The translations under genes and the position numbers were made by a program. A DNA stretch of 64,000 bases from Candidatus Poribacteria bacterium (GTDB taxonomy: Bacteria; Poribacteria; WGA-4E; PCPOR2b), in contig OZ242326.1 in assembly GCA_965208325.1 (NCBI GenBank), positions 2,912,001 through 2,976,000 on the forward strand, read 5' to 3'. Of the stretch, positions 18,321-30,971 are shown piece after piece. Each line of letters starts with the position of its first letter. Positions within the stretch are counted from its first letter, which is position 1. The notes below the pieces were generated by a model that saw only the letters and a program-made list of their open reading frames with translations, had not been told where the DNA came from and made no database searches.

Positions 18321-21300
18321 TTATCGAATAATCGCAAACCGGCTAATTCTATTACCGACGACAGCGTCGCTCTCATCGCGCGCTTCAACATGATAGATAT
18401 AGACGCCGCTGGCAAGGGCTTGATTGTAAAGGTTTAGCAGCTCAAACGTCTCCGTGCCGCCCTTATCGCCCTGCGCCAACCGATCATCCGGACTGAAGGC
18501 TGCGGTATGTTCGTGTTCAATCTCTCGCACTAACTCGCCCGCCATCGTATAAATCCGAATCGTACATCGCGGCGGGAGATGCGTGAAGAAGATTTTATCC
18601 GTCCCTTCGGCAGTCACTGCCCGGTTGGTGACGAAATAGGGGTTCGGCACAACGCGAATTCGTCCTAGATCGGCTTCGATGTTTTCCGCGGTAAGCGTCT
18701 CTTCGCCCGTCTTCAGAAGCACTACGTCACCGTCCTGCGGGGCGCTGACGCCGCCCATCTCAACCATAAACACATCGCCTGCGGAGATTTCACCGTTGGG
18801 ATCTTTGATGTACACGTAACCGCCCCGAATGTAAATTCGAAAATGATCCGGTGTAGCTTCCCGACTATAGGTATCGACCCAAATGGGACCTGCTTGAATT
18901 GCATACCCATCGGCGCGCTCCCCGTTGAAAGCAATCTCTTCGCCCGTATTCTCATCCATCACTTTGACGTGTGTATCGTCGACAAACCTAATCGAGTAGG
19001 TATGCGGACGGTAATATGTCGCCCACCAAACGTTGGTCCACGTGTTCTCTCCCACGCCGGGCGACTGAATGTCCACCGTCCAACCCGAAACAGAGCCTTC
19101 ACTCAACTCAACGTTGATAATCGAGTTTTCGGTGGGACTCCCGTACGTTACATCAACGCCCTTTATCTTTAGGATAACGCCGTCAAACATCGGGGAAAGC
19201 ACCTCCACAGCCTCGCCGTGAGGGGGGTCATACCACTCAAACGATTGCCGTTCCACCACCGTCTGGTTTGTCGCCGCGTCAATAATCTCATAACTGGGCG
19301 GCTGGTACCCGGGACCTGTAATATACGCGCCGGCATCGGTCTGTTTGGCGCCCTGCCAGACGATTCTATATTCGTGTCCCGTCACCCTGTTCGGCGCAAG
19401 TACCATCGGTTCTACCGTGACTGTCCCCGTGAGAGCCGAAGGCGTATCCACCACATCGGCAGTGGCGCCTCGATACCCGGCCGGTTGCGCACGCGGCACC
19501 ACATGAACCATCGTCTCAATCTGGCTGCTTTCCATCGCGATAAGCCCGGTTTTCGGGTTGCCCGTATCATAAGAGGTAACCGCATAGGTGTACTCAAGGC
19601 CGTTGGTCAACCCTTCGTCGGTGTAGAAATTCTTGATGCCCGCATCCTCACCAAGCGACATCGAAGGCGTAGAAACAACCCGGAAGATATCGCCCGCCAC
19701 TGGAGGACCTGAAGGTCCATCCGAAATTGATACATACAAACCGCCAAAGTAGATTTGCGCACCGGAACGGTAGGTTCCATCAGGATACGGTTCACCCGTA
19801 GCCGAGTCTTTCACCACAACATAACCCTCACCGTTCGCGGGGAATTCCGGATTATGCGCCATTACCTCCCAGAGCGTCGTATTAATTACCTCAAAGGACG
19901 TGCTAGAGTTAAATTTGATGGCGTAAACCGCACTTTTGAAAAAGTCGGAAAAAAACGGCTCATCGCCCTCGTTAGTAATGGTAGCGTCCGACTGCTTGCC
20001 GACATGCGCCACTGTGAAGAAGTTGCCGGTTGCGCTCGGTTTATCAAATTCCATTAGCATCGTCCAATCTTCCACAGGGTTGCCGGACGATGAATCGTAA
20101 GAGGTATCTCTCCGGTACACCCGATAACCCTCAAACACCTTCTCCGAATCGGTCACATCAACATATTCTTCGATACTTTTATTCACACCTTGGTCCACCC
20201 AGCGTCCATCGCTTTCCCAAATGAGTGTCACCTGTCCGTCAGCAGGGAGTGCAGTGACCAGCGGGGACGGCGGCGGCGCCGGTGCAACATACGCATCATC
20301 GTACAACTTCTGCGCCCAGTCCGAAGATGCCTGCAGCCCTTCAAGCCCCTCGCCGATTGCCACTGCCGCGATGACCGTGAATTCCTGACCGGGAGCGAAC
20401 GCCGCGATGGGGCCGTACGATTGGATAAAGCGCTGGTCGTCGTAATTCGCGGGAAGCGGTTCAACGCCGGGGATGCTGATTAAAGCGTACTTTTCCGCGT
20501 CAGTTGTTGGATCGGTGGATATCGTAATCCGTTTGTGCGCCGTAAAAGGAATCTTCGCCCCGGCATCCTGCGCGTTGTCCCCAAAATACGCATCTAATAC
20601 CCGCAAACCGATGTACCCGACCGCAGACGCATTGGAGAAGCCGTAAGAGAGAAAACGGTTCGGATGGGCTTCAGGGTTGAGCGCATCCGGCGTCTCATCC
20701 AGCGCAACAAAGTCGTCAGCCGAGTAGCTCGCCGTGCCCGTTTCGTTGCTAGAGATATCAACGTCGTACCGGAACGCCATGAATAGGTCTTCGAGCGTCT
20801 CGTTCCCAACATTTTTGACGTTATATTCCAGAATAAAAAAGTCGTAGAGCGGCGCATAACTCCACTGAAAGCCGTTGACGTCAAGCTCCAACCCGAGAAT
20901 TAATCCCTTATTCGCCTCAGCGTTCATGTCCGTGCATCTGAACCGAATCGCTTGGCTCGCCGGTGTCCCTTGCGTAGTTACACCGGGCTTATCAGAAATC
21001 ACCTCGGGTACATCATCAGTCGGCCAAATCTCACTCTGCCTGCCATCCGATTCAGAAACCCCAACTTCGCCGCCAATCTTGGCGCCGATCCAGATATTGC
21101 CCTCATAAAGGTAGGAATCGTTCGTTCCCGCAGGCCACCAACCTGACGGGTTCGCGGTCGGGTTGCTGGGGTAGCCGACGACTGCGGTGTTGTAAACAGC
21201 AGACGATAGATTGCCTACGTCAAGCGCTTTCCAATCCACGCCTGCCTTCACCGGCAGAATTGCTATGGCGAATAGCGCAGATGCCAGTAATGCAGTAGGC

Positions 21301-21338
21301 TTAAATCCACGTGTCTGCCCTGTTCCGTGGGTTTTCAT
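18321..21338 (-). CDS. large secreted protein with FN3-like domains and a T9SS/FlgD-type C-terminal domain
   Basis: signal peptide; PAPPPSP..VTLIW, YTYAVTSYD, IRVVPNPY..TIRIYTMAGELV..ASGVYIYHV. Confidence 0.8.
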   Translation of the reverse strand: MKTHGTGQTRGFKPTALLASALFAIAILPVKAGVDWKALDVGNLSSAVYNTAVVGYPSNPTANPSGWWPAGTNDSYLYEGNIWIGAKIGGEVGVSESDGRQSEIWPTDDVPEVISDKPGVTTQGTPASQAIRFRCTDMNAEANKGLILGLELDVNGFQWSYAPLYDFFILEYNVKNVGNETLEDLFMAFRYDVDISSNETGTASYSADDFVALDETPDALNPEAHPNRFLSYGFSNASAVGYIGLRVLDAYFGDNAQDAGAKIPFTAHKRITISTDPTTDAEKYALISIPGVEPLPANYDDQRFIQSYGPIAAFAPGQEFTVIAAVAIGEGLEGLQASSDWAQKLYDDAYVAPAPPPSPLVTALPADGQVTLIWESDGRWVDQGVNKSIEEYVDVTDSEKVFEGYRVYRRDTSYDSSSGNPVEDWTMLMEFDKPSATGNFFTVAHVGKQSDATITNEGDEPFFSDFFKSAVYAIKFNSSTSFEVINTTLWEVMAHNPEFPANGEGYVVVKDSATGEPYPDGTYRSGAQIYFGGLYVSISDGPSGPPVAGDIFRVVSTPSMSLGEDAGIKNFYTDEGLTNGLEYTYAVTSYDTGNPKTGLIAMESSQIETMVHVVPRAQPAGYRGATADVVDTPSALTGTVTVEPMVLAPNRVTGHEYRIVWQGAKQTDAGAYITGPGYQPPSYEIIDAATNQTVVERQSFEWYDPPHGEAVEVLSPMFDGVILKIKGVDVTYGSPTENSIINVELSEGSVSGWTVDIQSPGVGENTWTNVWWATYYRPHTYSIRFVDDTHVKVMDENTGEEIAFNGERADGYAIQAGPIWVDTYSREATPDHFRIYIRGGYVYIKDPNGEISAGDVFMVEMGGVSAPQDGDVVLLKTGEETLTAENIEADLGRIRVVPNPYFVTNRAVTAEGTDKIFFTHLPPRCTIRIYTMAGELVREIEHEHTAAFSPDDRLAQGDKGGTETFELLNLYNQALASGVYIYHVEARDESDAVVGNRISRFAIIR

Positions 21339-21588
21339 TTTTCCCTCCTGAAAACGAGGTTAAATACACTCAAAATCTCTTACTCATATAGCCGAATCAA
21401 ACAATTCGCCGAAAATTCAAGGCTCTAATACAACTCATTGACCTTTTTCAGTGACAGTAATTGTTTTCAATTCAATATTGCTAACACGAAAGTGCGGGAA
21501 CTCATGATGAACTCAATCTGTTGGCGTTACTGAGAACCTCTGTCCTTGCACGACTAAAATCGGCGCCTGATTTCCTTATCACTCTATG

Positions 21589-22638
21589 TCATGCCTGTCG
21601 ATTATTCCACATTTCCGCTCGCCGCATGAATATCAGGGGATCTGCCACCCATTCTGCATAGCCGATATTCCGGTCATCTGTCAAATAGTTGAGTTTCTCG
21701 TCAATGCAACTAGCTAGCGCCGCATCTTCCACCGCCAGCGTAAATCCGCCGAGTTCTACTTCCTCGTCAAGGACGGTGACAGTGAATGTATTGTTGAAGG
21801 CTTGCACAGCATCACGGTTTCCAATCTCACCCCTGGCTATTGCATCAATTGTACCCGCCGCCAAGGCATCAAGGAGTTCCGATTCACCACCCTCATCTCC
21901 AAGATAAATGACTTGCGGCATATTTTCCAAGGGCGGATAGAGATGGCTCCGTCCTGCCAAATTCGGAGTGGCGTTGGCGGCGGTTATCATGTACATTTCG
22001 GTGCCATCCGCAACGACAGTGCCTTGCGGTGTCGTAACACGCGTACCCTCGGCGAGAACACCGTTGGCATCAACAAGTCCCGTCAGTTCCAGCAAACGTG
22101 CTTCTCCGGTCGTTGCGTAAAGCACGCCAACGCGCACATCGCGGGTCAAATCGGCATAGTCGGCCAGGCGTTCTGCATCTTCGGTGCGCACCAAAAGCGA
22201 CTGGCGAAACTTGATATGCCCTGACGTAAAATTAACGACTTTGTTGCCGTGCTCATCTCGGGTGCGAGAGTCGAGAATCGTGATGCCGCCGCCGACAATA
22301 TCGTATTCTGAATCGGCGGACTTCAGCCAGATGTCCGGCCAAACCGCGATAGGGTGGCGGACTAACGACAAGCCCGCGCCTTCCATAGCTTCAAGCGCCG
22401 TCAGCAGGTCTGCCTCATAGCCAAGATGTGTACTAAAGCCCTCGGCAGTAGGTTCTTCGTCAGCACTGTAACTCACAGGTGAAAAATAGGCGTAGAATCC
22501 AACATTGAGGACTTGGCCGCCATCTGTGCAGGCTTGCGATGGCGAAGTGGGATGGAGAATAGGCTGAAGTTGATCGCAGGCGGAAAGCCCCGCAATCGCA
22601 AACACGCAGGTGAGTATGATGATTTTCTTGGTGGTCAT
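21589..22638 (-). CDS. amino-acid ABC transporter substrate-binding lipoprotein (family 3)
   Basis: lipobox LSAC; GYEADLL, DIVGGGITILDSR, VNFT. Confidence 0.8.
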   Translation of the reverse strand: MTTKKIIILTCVFAIAGLSACDQLQPILHPTSPSQACTDGGQVLNVGFYAYFSPVSYSADEEPTAEGFSTHLGYEADLLTALEAMEGAGLSLVRHPIAVWPDIWLKSADSEYDIVGGGITILDSRTRDEHGNKVVNFTSGHIKFRQSLLVRTEDAERLADYADLTRDVRVGVLYATTGEARLLELTGLVDANGVLAEGTRVTTPQGTVVADGTEMYMITAANATPNLAGRSHLYPPLENMPQVIYLGDEGGESELLDALAAGTIDAIARGEIGNRDAVQAFNNTFTVTVLDEEVELGGFTLAVEDAALASCIDEKLNYLTDDRNIGYAEWVADPLIFMRRAEMWNNRQA

Positions 22639-22866
22639 CTCGGCAACACCCTTACCGATAAAACGTTCGTTTTCCGCCGCCCATACAATAATCCTGACGT
22701 GGTTCGCCCTTCGGGTGGCTTTTGAGATTCCCCAACTGTTCTATTGATTTCCTTATTTGTTGGTAATAGCGGTAACGGTATAATCGATATTCGGAATAAA
22801 ATACCGGCACGATTATAGCACAGGTTCCGAATTTCGTTCAAACAAATAAAACCCGCTCTTTTTTAC

Positions 22867-24792
22867 TCATGGGTAGAGGCTATAAACCTTTATACCGAGT
22901 GCGACGCCAATGAGGCTCCAAAGCCCCCAAGCGAGGAATTGGCCTAATATAAAGCCCAGAAACAGCGGCAACGCACGGCGATAGGCGCCGATTCCGCCGC
23001 CCTTAAAGACAAGCCGCTTGAGCAGCCATCCCCAAAATATTGAGAACCACATGCCGCTAATGCACCATCCGTAGGAAACAGCGAAACCCACAGGGTAAAA
23101 CGACCACCACAGAAACCGGCGTTTTAAGTACGCAAGCAAGACCGTAAAGGCGAATCCAAACCCAAATCCGCGAATCTGCCGCGTGCTCGGGTCGCGGGGA
23201 TTGGTAATCCAACTCGAAAGGAATTGGAACGGCGCGACGGCATCCCAGCCCTGCCTGTAGTGATGCTGATAGTAAAGCACGATATGCGCGCCAATGGCAA
23301 TCAACGATCCGACAATACCGGCAAAAATCATCGCCGCCACAAGCCGATTGTCCCGTATCCGCAGCGCTGAACCAATCTTGAACCCTTCGAGCTGGTGGGG
23401 CATCGGATGAGAACGGTAACCATAGGAAAGCCATTGAAGCAGTGTCGTCAGCGAAAGATTTCTTGCACCGACAACACGTGTCCCCGTAAACATGATGATA
23501 AGCCGGTCCGGCAGCGCGTCATGAAGTTCATGCGTGGGCGGCCCCAACTCTGCACGCATACGCGCCATAGCAATACACAGGAGGAAATGAATGATAAAGT
23601 AGAGCGCCGCCACCCAGTACGGCAGACCCGCAGCGTGCCAAAACGCCAGCATGAGGAGAAACCCGCCAATCCCTCCATAGATTGCGAAACGGTACAACGG
23701 CTCCTGCTTTGACGCCTCCCCGCTTTTGCTGAATAGCCCGCTAACCATCAACCAAATATGCCGCCGAGCCGTCCAGAGTGCAATAAATCCAATAGCAAGC
23801 CATGCGCCGGCGCGCTGTTCACCATGCCAACGGTCCAGAGGGCGCCAACCCATTGCAGAAAAGAAGACATGCTCTGCTTTCCAAAATAAGAAGAAAAACC
23901 AAAGCGAGAAGGAAAGCCCAAGCGGCATCAAGTAACCCACCCCCACCGCGAATAGGTAAATCTTCATCGGGAACCATGAGATAGCGCTCCACGGTTTCTC
24001 GGTCATAAACTGCGCAATCTCAATGTCCTTCAGCGGGAGCGCGGGAATCCATGGATAGAGATAGTTCAACCCGGCAAACACCTCTATTGCCAGCGCAACG
24101 GCGAAACCTATCCAAGTCAGCCGGCTAGAAAAAACGCCCGCCGTGTTGCCAATGATCTCGATGGGAAGTTGCGCAATCGGGTAGTTCAGCCGCTCATGCT
24201 CTATCCACTGTCTCCGGAGAACGATGTTGATACACAGCGTGACAAACAGGAAAATAGCCGTGAAAACCGACCACGCAACGAAAGGTTTAAGCCACGACAG
24301 CACAATGAACCGCTGCCAAAAAGGCTCAGTGCCGGGTTCATAATACCCCTGCAGCACGTTGAGGTCAGAGATAGTAAGCCAGTTCGGAAGGTAGGTGTGG
24401 AAAAGATTCGCCCAGTCGTTCTCGGGGGTCGCAAGCCAAAAACCGTTGATGGTTGTCGGCACAAGTTGGCGGGCGATGTCACGTCCCGAAAGCGCGGTAG
24501 CAATCGAAATCATGACGTAGAGCGTGGCAAGTTCGGATGCTGTCAGTGCGAAACGCGGGGCAAAGCGCTTTATGCCGTGATTGATCATCGCCAGCATAAA
24601 CACCGTGAAAAGCACCGTTGGAAAGAATGAGAAGACCGTGACTTCCCCAACAGCACGGTGCTCTGCCGCGACAATCCAGAAAACATTAAAAAATATCAGA
24701 GGAGCCCCAAATCCGAGCACCCTGACAATAAAGCGGATTGTGCTAGTGGTGTCGGCGGCACCCGGGCTCTTCGCTTGAGACGCTGAATACAT
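22867..24792 (-). CDS. multi-pass membrane protein, DUF6785/DUF6784-like (putative OPT-like transporter)
   Basis: many TM segments; FWLATPENDW, EHERLNYPI, HPMPHQLEGFK; paralog of 39906-41828. Confidence 0.75.
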   Translation of the reverse strand: MYSASQAKSPGAADTTSTIRFIVRVLGFGAPLIFFNVFWIVAAEHRAVGEVTVFSFFPTVLFTVFMLAMINHGIKRFAPRFALTASELATLYVMISIATALSGRDIARQLVPTTINGFWLATPENDWANLFHTYLPNWLTISDLNVLQGYYEPGTEPFWQRFIVLSWLKPFVAWSVFTAIFLFVTLCINIVLRRQWIEHERLNYPIAQLPIEIIGNTAGVFSSRLTWIGFAVALAIEVFAGLNYLYPWIPALPLKDIEIAQFMTEKPWSAISWFPMKIYLFAVGVGYLMPLGLSFSLWFFFLFWKAEHVFFSAMGWRPLDRWHGEQRAGAWLAIGFIALWTARRHIWLMVSGLFSKSGEASKQEPLYRFAIYGGIGGFLLMLAFWHAAGLPYWVAALYFIIHFLLCIAMARMRAELGPPTHELHDALPDRLIIMFTGTRVVGARNLSLTTLLQWLSYGYRSHPMPHQLEGFKIGSALRIRDNRLVAAMIFAGIVGSLIAIGAHIVLYYQHHYRQGWDAVAPFQFLSSWITNPRDPSTRQIRGFGFGFAFTVLLAYLKRRFLWWSFYPVGFAVSYGWCISGMWFSIFWGWLLKRLVFKGGGIGAYRRALPLFLGFILGQFLAWGLWSLIGVALGIKVYSLYP

Positions 24793-24868
24793 CCTAAACC
24801 ATTTCGTCAGAAGATAAAATCGTGAGATTTATGGGCATGAAATACGTACATACAAAGTCTGCGTCACC

Positions 24869-25075
24869 TTAACCGCCTTGAACGGCATGCACAATCTCAA
24901 CCTCGCTGCCCGCACGGACTACCGTCTCCTGCCACTGTTTTTTGGAAATTAACTCCTGATTCATGGCAACGGCAATCCCGGGTTGGACCGGATCAATTTG
25001 CAGGTCTAAAAGGAGTTGATAGAGCGATAACCCTTGCTCAACCGTCTTGACTTCGCCGTTCACACGTATATCCAT
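24869..25075 (-). CDS. thiS: sulfur carrier protein ThiS
   Basis: 68 aa ending VQGG; within the thi operon. Confidence 0.95.
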   Translation of the reverse strand: MDIRVNGEVKTVEQGLSLYQLLLDLQIDPVQPGIAVAMNQELISKKQWQETVVRAGSEVEIVHAVQGG

Positions 25076-25123
25076 CGGCTCTTCCCATCGGACATAATAA
25101 TCGCCAGCACAAAAATCACCGCG

Positions 25124-26278
25124 CTAATGTGTAAACCGTGACAACTGAAACGGTGAGATGATTTCCGAGGTTTTGCCCGTCAAAACGAGCGATGCAATCT
25201 CGCAGGCGGTCACGGGCGCAAGAAGGATACCGTGACGATAGTGTCCAGTTGCCATGACCAAATCCTCAATAGCCGTTGGGCCAAGGATTGGGGCGTTGTC
25301 ACGGCTTCCCGGACGCAGTCCGGTCCAAGTTTCTACAATTGGGAGGTCGTAAACGCCGGGAACCGCTTCCCATGCGCCCCGAAGCAGCTCGAATATACCG
25401 CCGGCGGTCAGTCGGGTATCGAACCCCATCTCTTCGCTCGTCGCTCCGATGACCAGACGCCCACCATTCTTGGGTACGAGATAGACATCTGTCGGATGCG
25501 TCGCGCGGGTTGTGCGAATCACCTTTTGGAGATTTAACCCCGACTCCATCTGCAGCGCCAAAATTTGACCCTTGACCGGGCGCAACGGAGGTTTCACATT
25601 TCGCGGCAACCCCTCAATCTCGCTAGACCAGCATCCGGCGGCAAGTACAATGACATCACAATCTTCCAGAACCCCATTGACCCACACCCCGTACGCCTTT
25701 TCACCTCGAATTTCAATTTTCTCGACGGGCGCGTTTTCGTACAGGTCTCCCCCGGCGTTTCCATACGCTGCAATCAGGGCGCGGACCATCAAACGGTTAT
25801 CAACCTGATGGTCGTTTGGGCTGGATATTGCCGCCGTGATTTTCGGGGAAAGCAACGGCTCTATCTCTCTCGCCTCGGCGCCGGTGAGCCATTCACACGG
25901 TAGGTTCAAAAATTGTTGCGATTCGTACAGATGCTCCAGTTCACGGGCATCATCCGGGTCTACGCCGACAATTAACGTCCCCTCCGTCCGGTAGCCGAGG
26001 GGCATCCCGCTGTCCGCCTCCAGTGCCGCCGTCCACTCCGGATACATCTCAAGGCTGAGACTGCCCAATCGTAAGAGCGCCTTCTCCTCAAGGTGAACTT
26101 CGGCGAGCGGCGCCAACATCCCCGCAGCCGCCCACGATGCCGAACGTCCCGCGCAGTCCCGCTCATAAATGGATACAGCGCAGCCCGCCTTGGCTAACTT
26201 CCAGCCGATGCTCAACCCAATCACCCCGCCGCCGATGATAATCACTCGCCGATTTGGATGTGGGTTGCGGCTATGCAT
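25124..26278 (-). CDS. thiO: glycine oxidase ThiO
   Basis: GGGVIG FAD motif, ASWAAAGML, GLRP, ATGHYRHGILLAP. Confidence 0.93.
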   Translation of the reverse strand: MHSRNPHPNRRVIIIGGGVIGLSIGWKLAKAGCAVSIYERDCAGRSASWAAAGMLAPLAEVHLEEKALLRLGSLSLEMYPEWTAALEADSGMPLGYRTEGTLIVGVDPDDARELEHLYESQQFLNLPCEWLTGAEAREIEPLLSPKITAAISSPNDHQVDNRLMVRALIAAYGNAGGDLYENAPVEKIEIRGEKAYGVWVNGVLEDCDVIVLAAGCWSSEIEGLPRNVKPPLRPVKGQILALQMESGLNLQKVIRTTRATHPTDVYLVPKNGGRLVIGATSEEMGFDTRLTAGGIFELLRGAWEAVPGVYDLPIVETWTGLRPGSRDNAPILGPTAIEDLVMATGHYRHGILLAPVTACEIASLVLTGKTSEIISPFQLSRFTH

Positions 26279-26448
26279 CCTTCTCCTCTGTGAACGAAAC
26301 ATATATTAATATACGCAAACCTAATGCCTCTGACGGGATTTTCGATCTTAAAATCGAAGATGGGGATTATTCTGGTTCGATTATTCTGGTTCATAGAAAC
26401 GCCAATCGCGCCCATTAGCGTTGCACACATTCCACTTGGCTCGACAAA

Positions 26449-28377
<1,929 letters not shown>

Positions 28378-28502
28378 CTATTCCTCCTGATAGATTTTAC
28401 TTTTGGCTATAGTAGCAGGCATACTCCGTATGCCGTAACCCTCGTCTCGACACCGGCATCACCATTCAATGCAATATGTGCAAGTTACACGGTACAACAA
28501 GC

Positions 28503-28536
28503 AAAAAAAAACCGCTTTCCAGCATAAGGAAAACGG
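28503..28536 (-). terminator. intrinsic terminator in the thiC leader (riboswitch expression platform)
   Basis: CCGTTTTCC-7nt-GGAAAGCGG followed by T9. Confidence 0.7.
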
Positions 28537-28611
28537 CGTCCTAATCGAAAATGCCGCCGCCGCATAACAACGGCGATTTTCCGACCTGAATCGATAATTG
28601 TGGGTTAACTC

Positions 28612-28703
28612 GTGTTTTCCTACGCTGGGATTACCCAGGTCAGGTTCAAAGGGTTTGTTCTCAGCCCTCGCCGACCCTTTAAAATAGAGAGAGCACCCCT
28701 AAC
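28612..28703 (-). promoter_or_regulatory. TPP riboswitch
   Basis: AGGGGTGC...GCTGAGA..ACCCTTTGAACCTGA.CTGGGTAATCCCAGCGTAGGAA upstream of thiC. Confidence 0.95.
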
Positions 28704-28765
28704 AACCTATACTGCGAGCTATATTACAACATCTACGCAAAAAAGTCAAGAAAAAGATGGTTCCC

Positions 28766-28956
28766 GTAGGTTGGGTAGAGCGGACTACTCCAATAATGCC
28801 CCTTCACCCATTAACCATTCCAAATCTGGTATGAAGCCTGGCGGAAAAATGCGCGCAGCGAAACCCAACTCATTTGAAACCTCCCGCACTCCAACTGATT
28901 ACCTGCCCCCCAATCATAGCCCATCATTTTATCACACGAACCACAGTTCAGACAAA
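28766..28956. repeat. REP-like element plus inverted ACTGTCTGAAC-family repeat
   Basis: GTAGGTTGGGTAGAGCGG..GCGAAACCCAAC; AATCATAGCCCATCAT..CACAGTTCAGACA. Confidence 0.75.
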
Positions 28957-29278
28957 AACTGTAAAGTTTCACAGTAACGCTATCCAAGGCTGTCCGGTTA
29001 TTGGAAACAATTCGGACTGAAATCCAGTCCCTGACTACATTTCACGCTTCCAAAATCTCGTTCTCATCTCCGGTTCAGTTTCAATTTACTGTGAAAACTG
29101 TGAAATTTACATTTGCTTCCCTTGAAGTAGTAGGCGTACTCCGTATGCCGCAACCCTCGCCCCAATACCGCCATCCGCCTTTAAAGCAATAGGCAGAAAA
29201 TCATTGACAATCGCGTCCACGCTAGATAAAGTATATCTGATATTGTTCCCATAATCTCCACCCCTAAGGATGAGGACA

Positions 29279-30817
29279 ATGAACCGTGACACCATTGTCG
29301 TTTTAGATTTTGGATCGCAGTATACGCAGTTGATTGCCAGGCGCATTCGTGAACAAGAGGTGTACTGTGAAATTCATCCATACTATACCTCCGCCGATCA
29401 GTTAGCCTCAATGCAGCCTAAGGGAATAGTCTTATCCGGCGGCCCCTCGAGCGTTTACGCGTCGGATGCGCCCCTTCCCGATTCCGGGATTTTTGCGCTT
29501 GGTGTTCCGATTCTAGGCATATGTTACGGCATGCAGCTCGTCGCACACCTGTCAAATGGCGGTGTGGTGCACCCCGCCGATGAACGTGAATACGGTTCGG
29601 CGGAACTGGTCGTTGATTTGCCGATTCCGCTGTTCGCAAATCTGCGGGGCGAGGTGAACGTGTGGATGAGTCACGGCGATCGAATCGAGGTGCTGCCGCA
29701 AGGATTCCTCCAGATCGCACACACACGCAACTCGCCAATCGCGGCGATGGGCGATATAGACCGGGATATCTACGGGTTGCAGTTCCATCCCGAGGTCGTT
29801 CACACAAAGGACAATAACCAGATTCTCTCGAACTTTGTCTTTGAAATCTGTGAGTGCAGCAAAGGATGGACCATGAAATCCTTTGTCGCCGAGGCAACAG
29901 AAAAAATCCAAAAGCAGATACAAGGCCACCGCGTCTTATGCGCCGTGAGCGGCGGCGTTGACTCAACCGTCCTTGCAGTTTTGCTCCGGCGCGCTATCGG
30001 CGAAGCGCTCGTTTGCGTGTTCGTTAACAACGGCTTGTTGCGAAAAAATGAAGCGGAAGGCGTGATTGAAGATTTTCACCAGCTTGGAATCGAAGTGCAC
30101 TGCATCGACGCTACAGATCGATTCCTGAATTGCCTCGCCAACGTTGACAGTCCAGAGGAAAAACGCAAGCGAATCGGGAACCAGTTTATCGAAGTTTTTC
30201 GAGACGAGTTGGGGACGTTAGGGGCGATTGACCACCTTGCGCAGGGCACCCTCTACCCCGATGTAATCGAAAGTGTGTCCGTCAAAGGGCCGTCTGCAAC
30301 CATAAAGACGCACCATAACGTTGGCGGATTGCCCAAAGATTTACCCTTCAAACTCGTCGAACCGTTCCGAGATTTGTTCAAAGACGAAGTCCGCGCAGTA
30401 GGCATCGAGTTAGGCATCCCGAAACCGATTCTTGGGCGGCATCCTTTTCCAGGTCCCGGTTTAGCTGTCCGGGTTATCGGCGCTGTTACCCAAGAGCGGC
30501 TAGATATTCTCCGTGAAGCGGACGAAATCTTCATCGCAGAAATTAAGAAAGCTGGGTTGTATAATGAGATTTGGCAAGCGCTGGCGGTGCTGCTGCCAGT
30601 TAAGAGTGTCGGAGTGATGGGAGATGAGCGAACCTACGAAAACGTGGTCGCGCTCCGCGCTGTCACCAGCACCGATGCCATGACCGCGGATTGGGCGCGC
30701 ATTCCTGACGGCGTACTAGCGGTAATCTCCAATCGTATCATCAACGAAGTGCAAGGCATTAACCGCGTCGTTTACGATATTAGCTCAAAACCGCCTAGCA
30801 CCATTGAATGGGAGTAA
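29279..30817 (+). CDS. guaA: GMP synthase (glutamine-hydrolysing)
   Basis: [37 protein letters not shown]. Confidence 0.98.
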   Translation: MNRDTIVVLDFGSQYTQLIARRIREQEVYCEIHPYYTSADQLASMQPKGIVLSGGPSSVYASDAPLPDSGIFALGVPILGICYGMQLVAHLSNGGVVHPADEREYGSAELVVDLPIPLFANLRGEVNVWMSHGDRIEVLPQGFLQIAHTRNSPIAAMGDIDRDIYGLQFHPEVVHTKDNNQILSNFVFEICECSKGWTMKSFVAEATEKIQKQIQGHRVLCAVSGGVDSTVLAVLLRRAIGEALVCVFVNNGLLRKNEAEGVIEDFHQLGIEVHCIDATDRFLNCLANVDSPEEKRKRIGNQFIEVFRDELGTLGAIDHLAQGTLYPDVIESVSVKGPSATIKTHHNVGGLPKDLPFKLVEPFRDLFKDEVRAVGIELGIPKPILGRHPFPGPGLAVRVIGAVTQERLDILREADEIFIAEIKKAGLYNEIWQALAVLLPVKSVGVMGDERTYENVVALRAVTSTDAMTADWARIPDGVLAVISNRIINEVQGINRVVYDISSKPPSTIEWE

Positions 30818-30971
30818 GCTCTAGCCCAAGTGATTCTGTTGCTTCTCAACATGGACACATCTTGGGTATATTCACGTCGATCCGGCAAGGTGGGAATAGT
30901 AGATTCATCTTGAAATAACCACATTTTCAACCCCCTAAATCCCCCTTATCAGGGGGACTCTTGAACTTATA

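Noticed and set aside
26364..26393. Tandem 14-bp duplication GATTATTCTGGTTC between thiC and thiO
   Set aside because: Only two copies and no evident function
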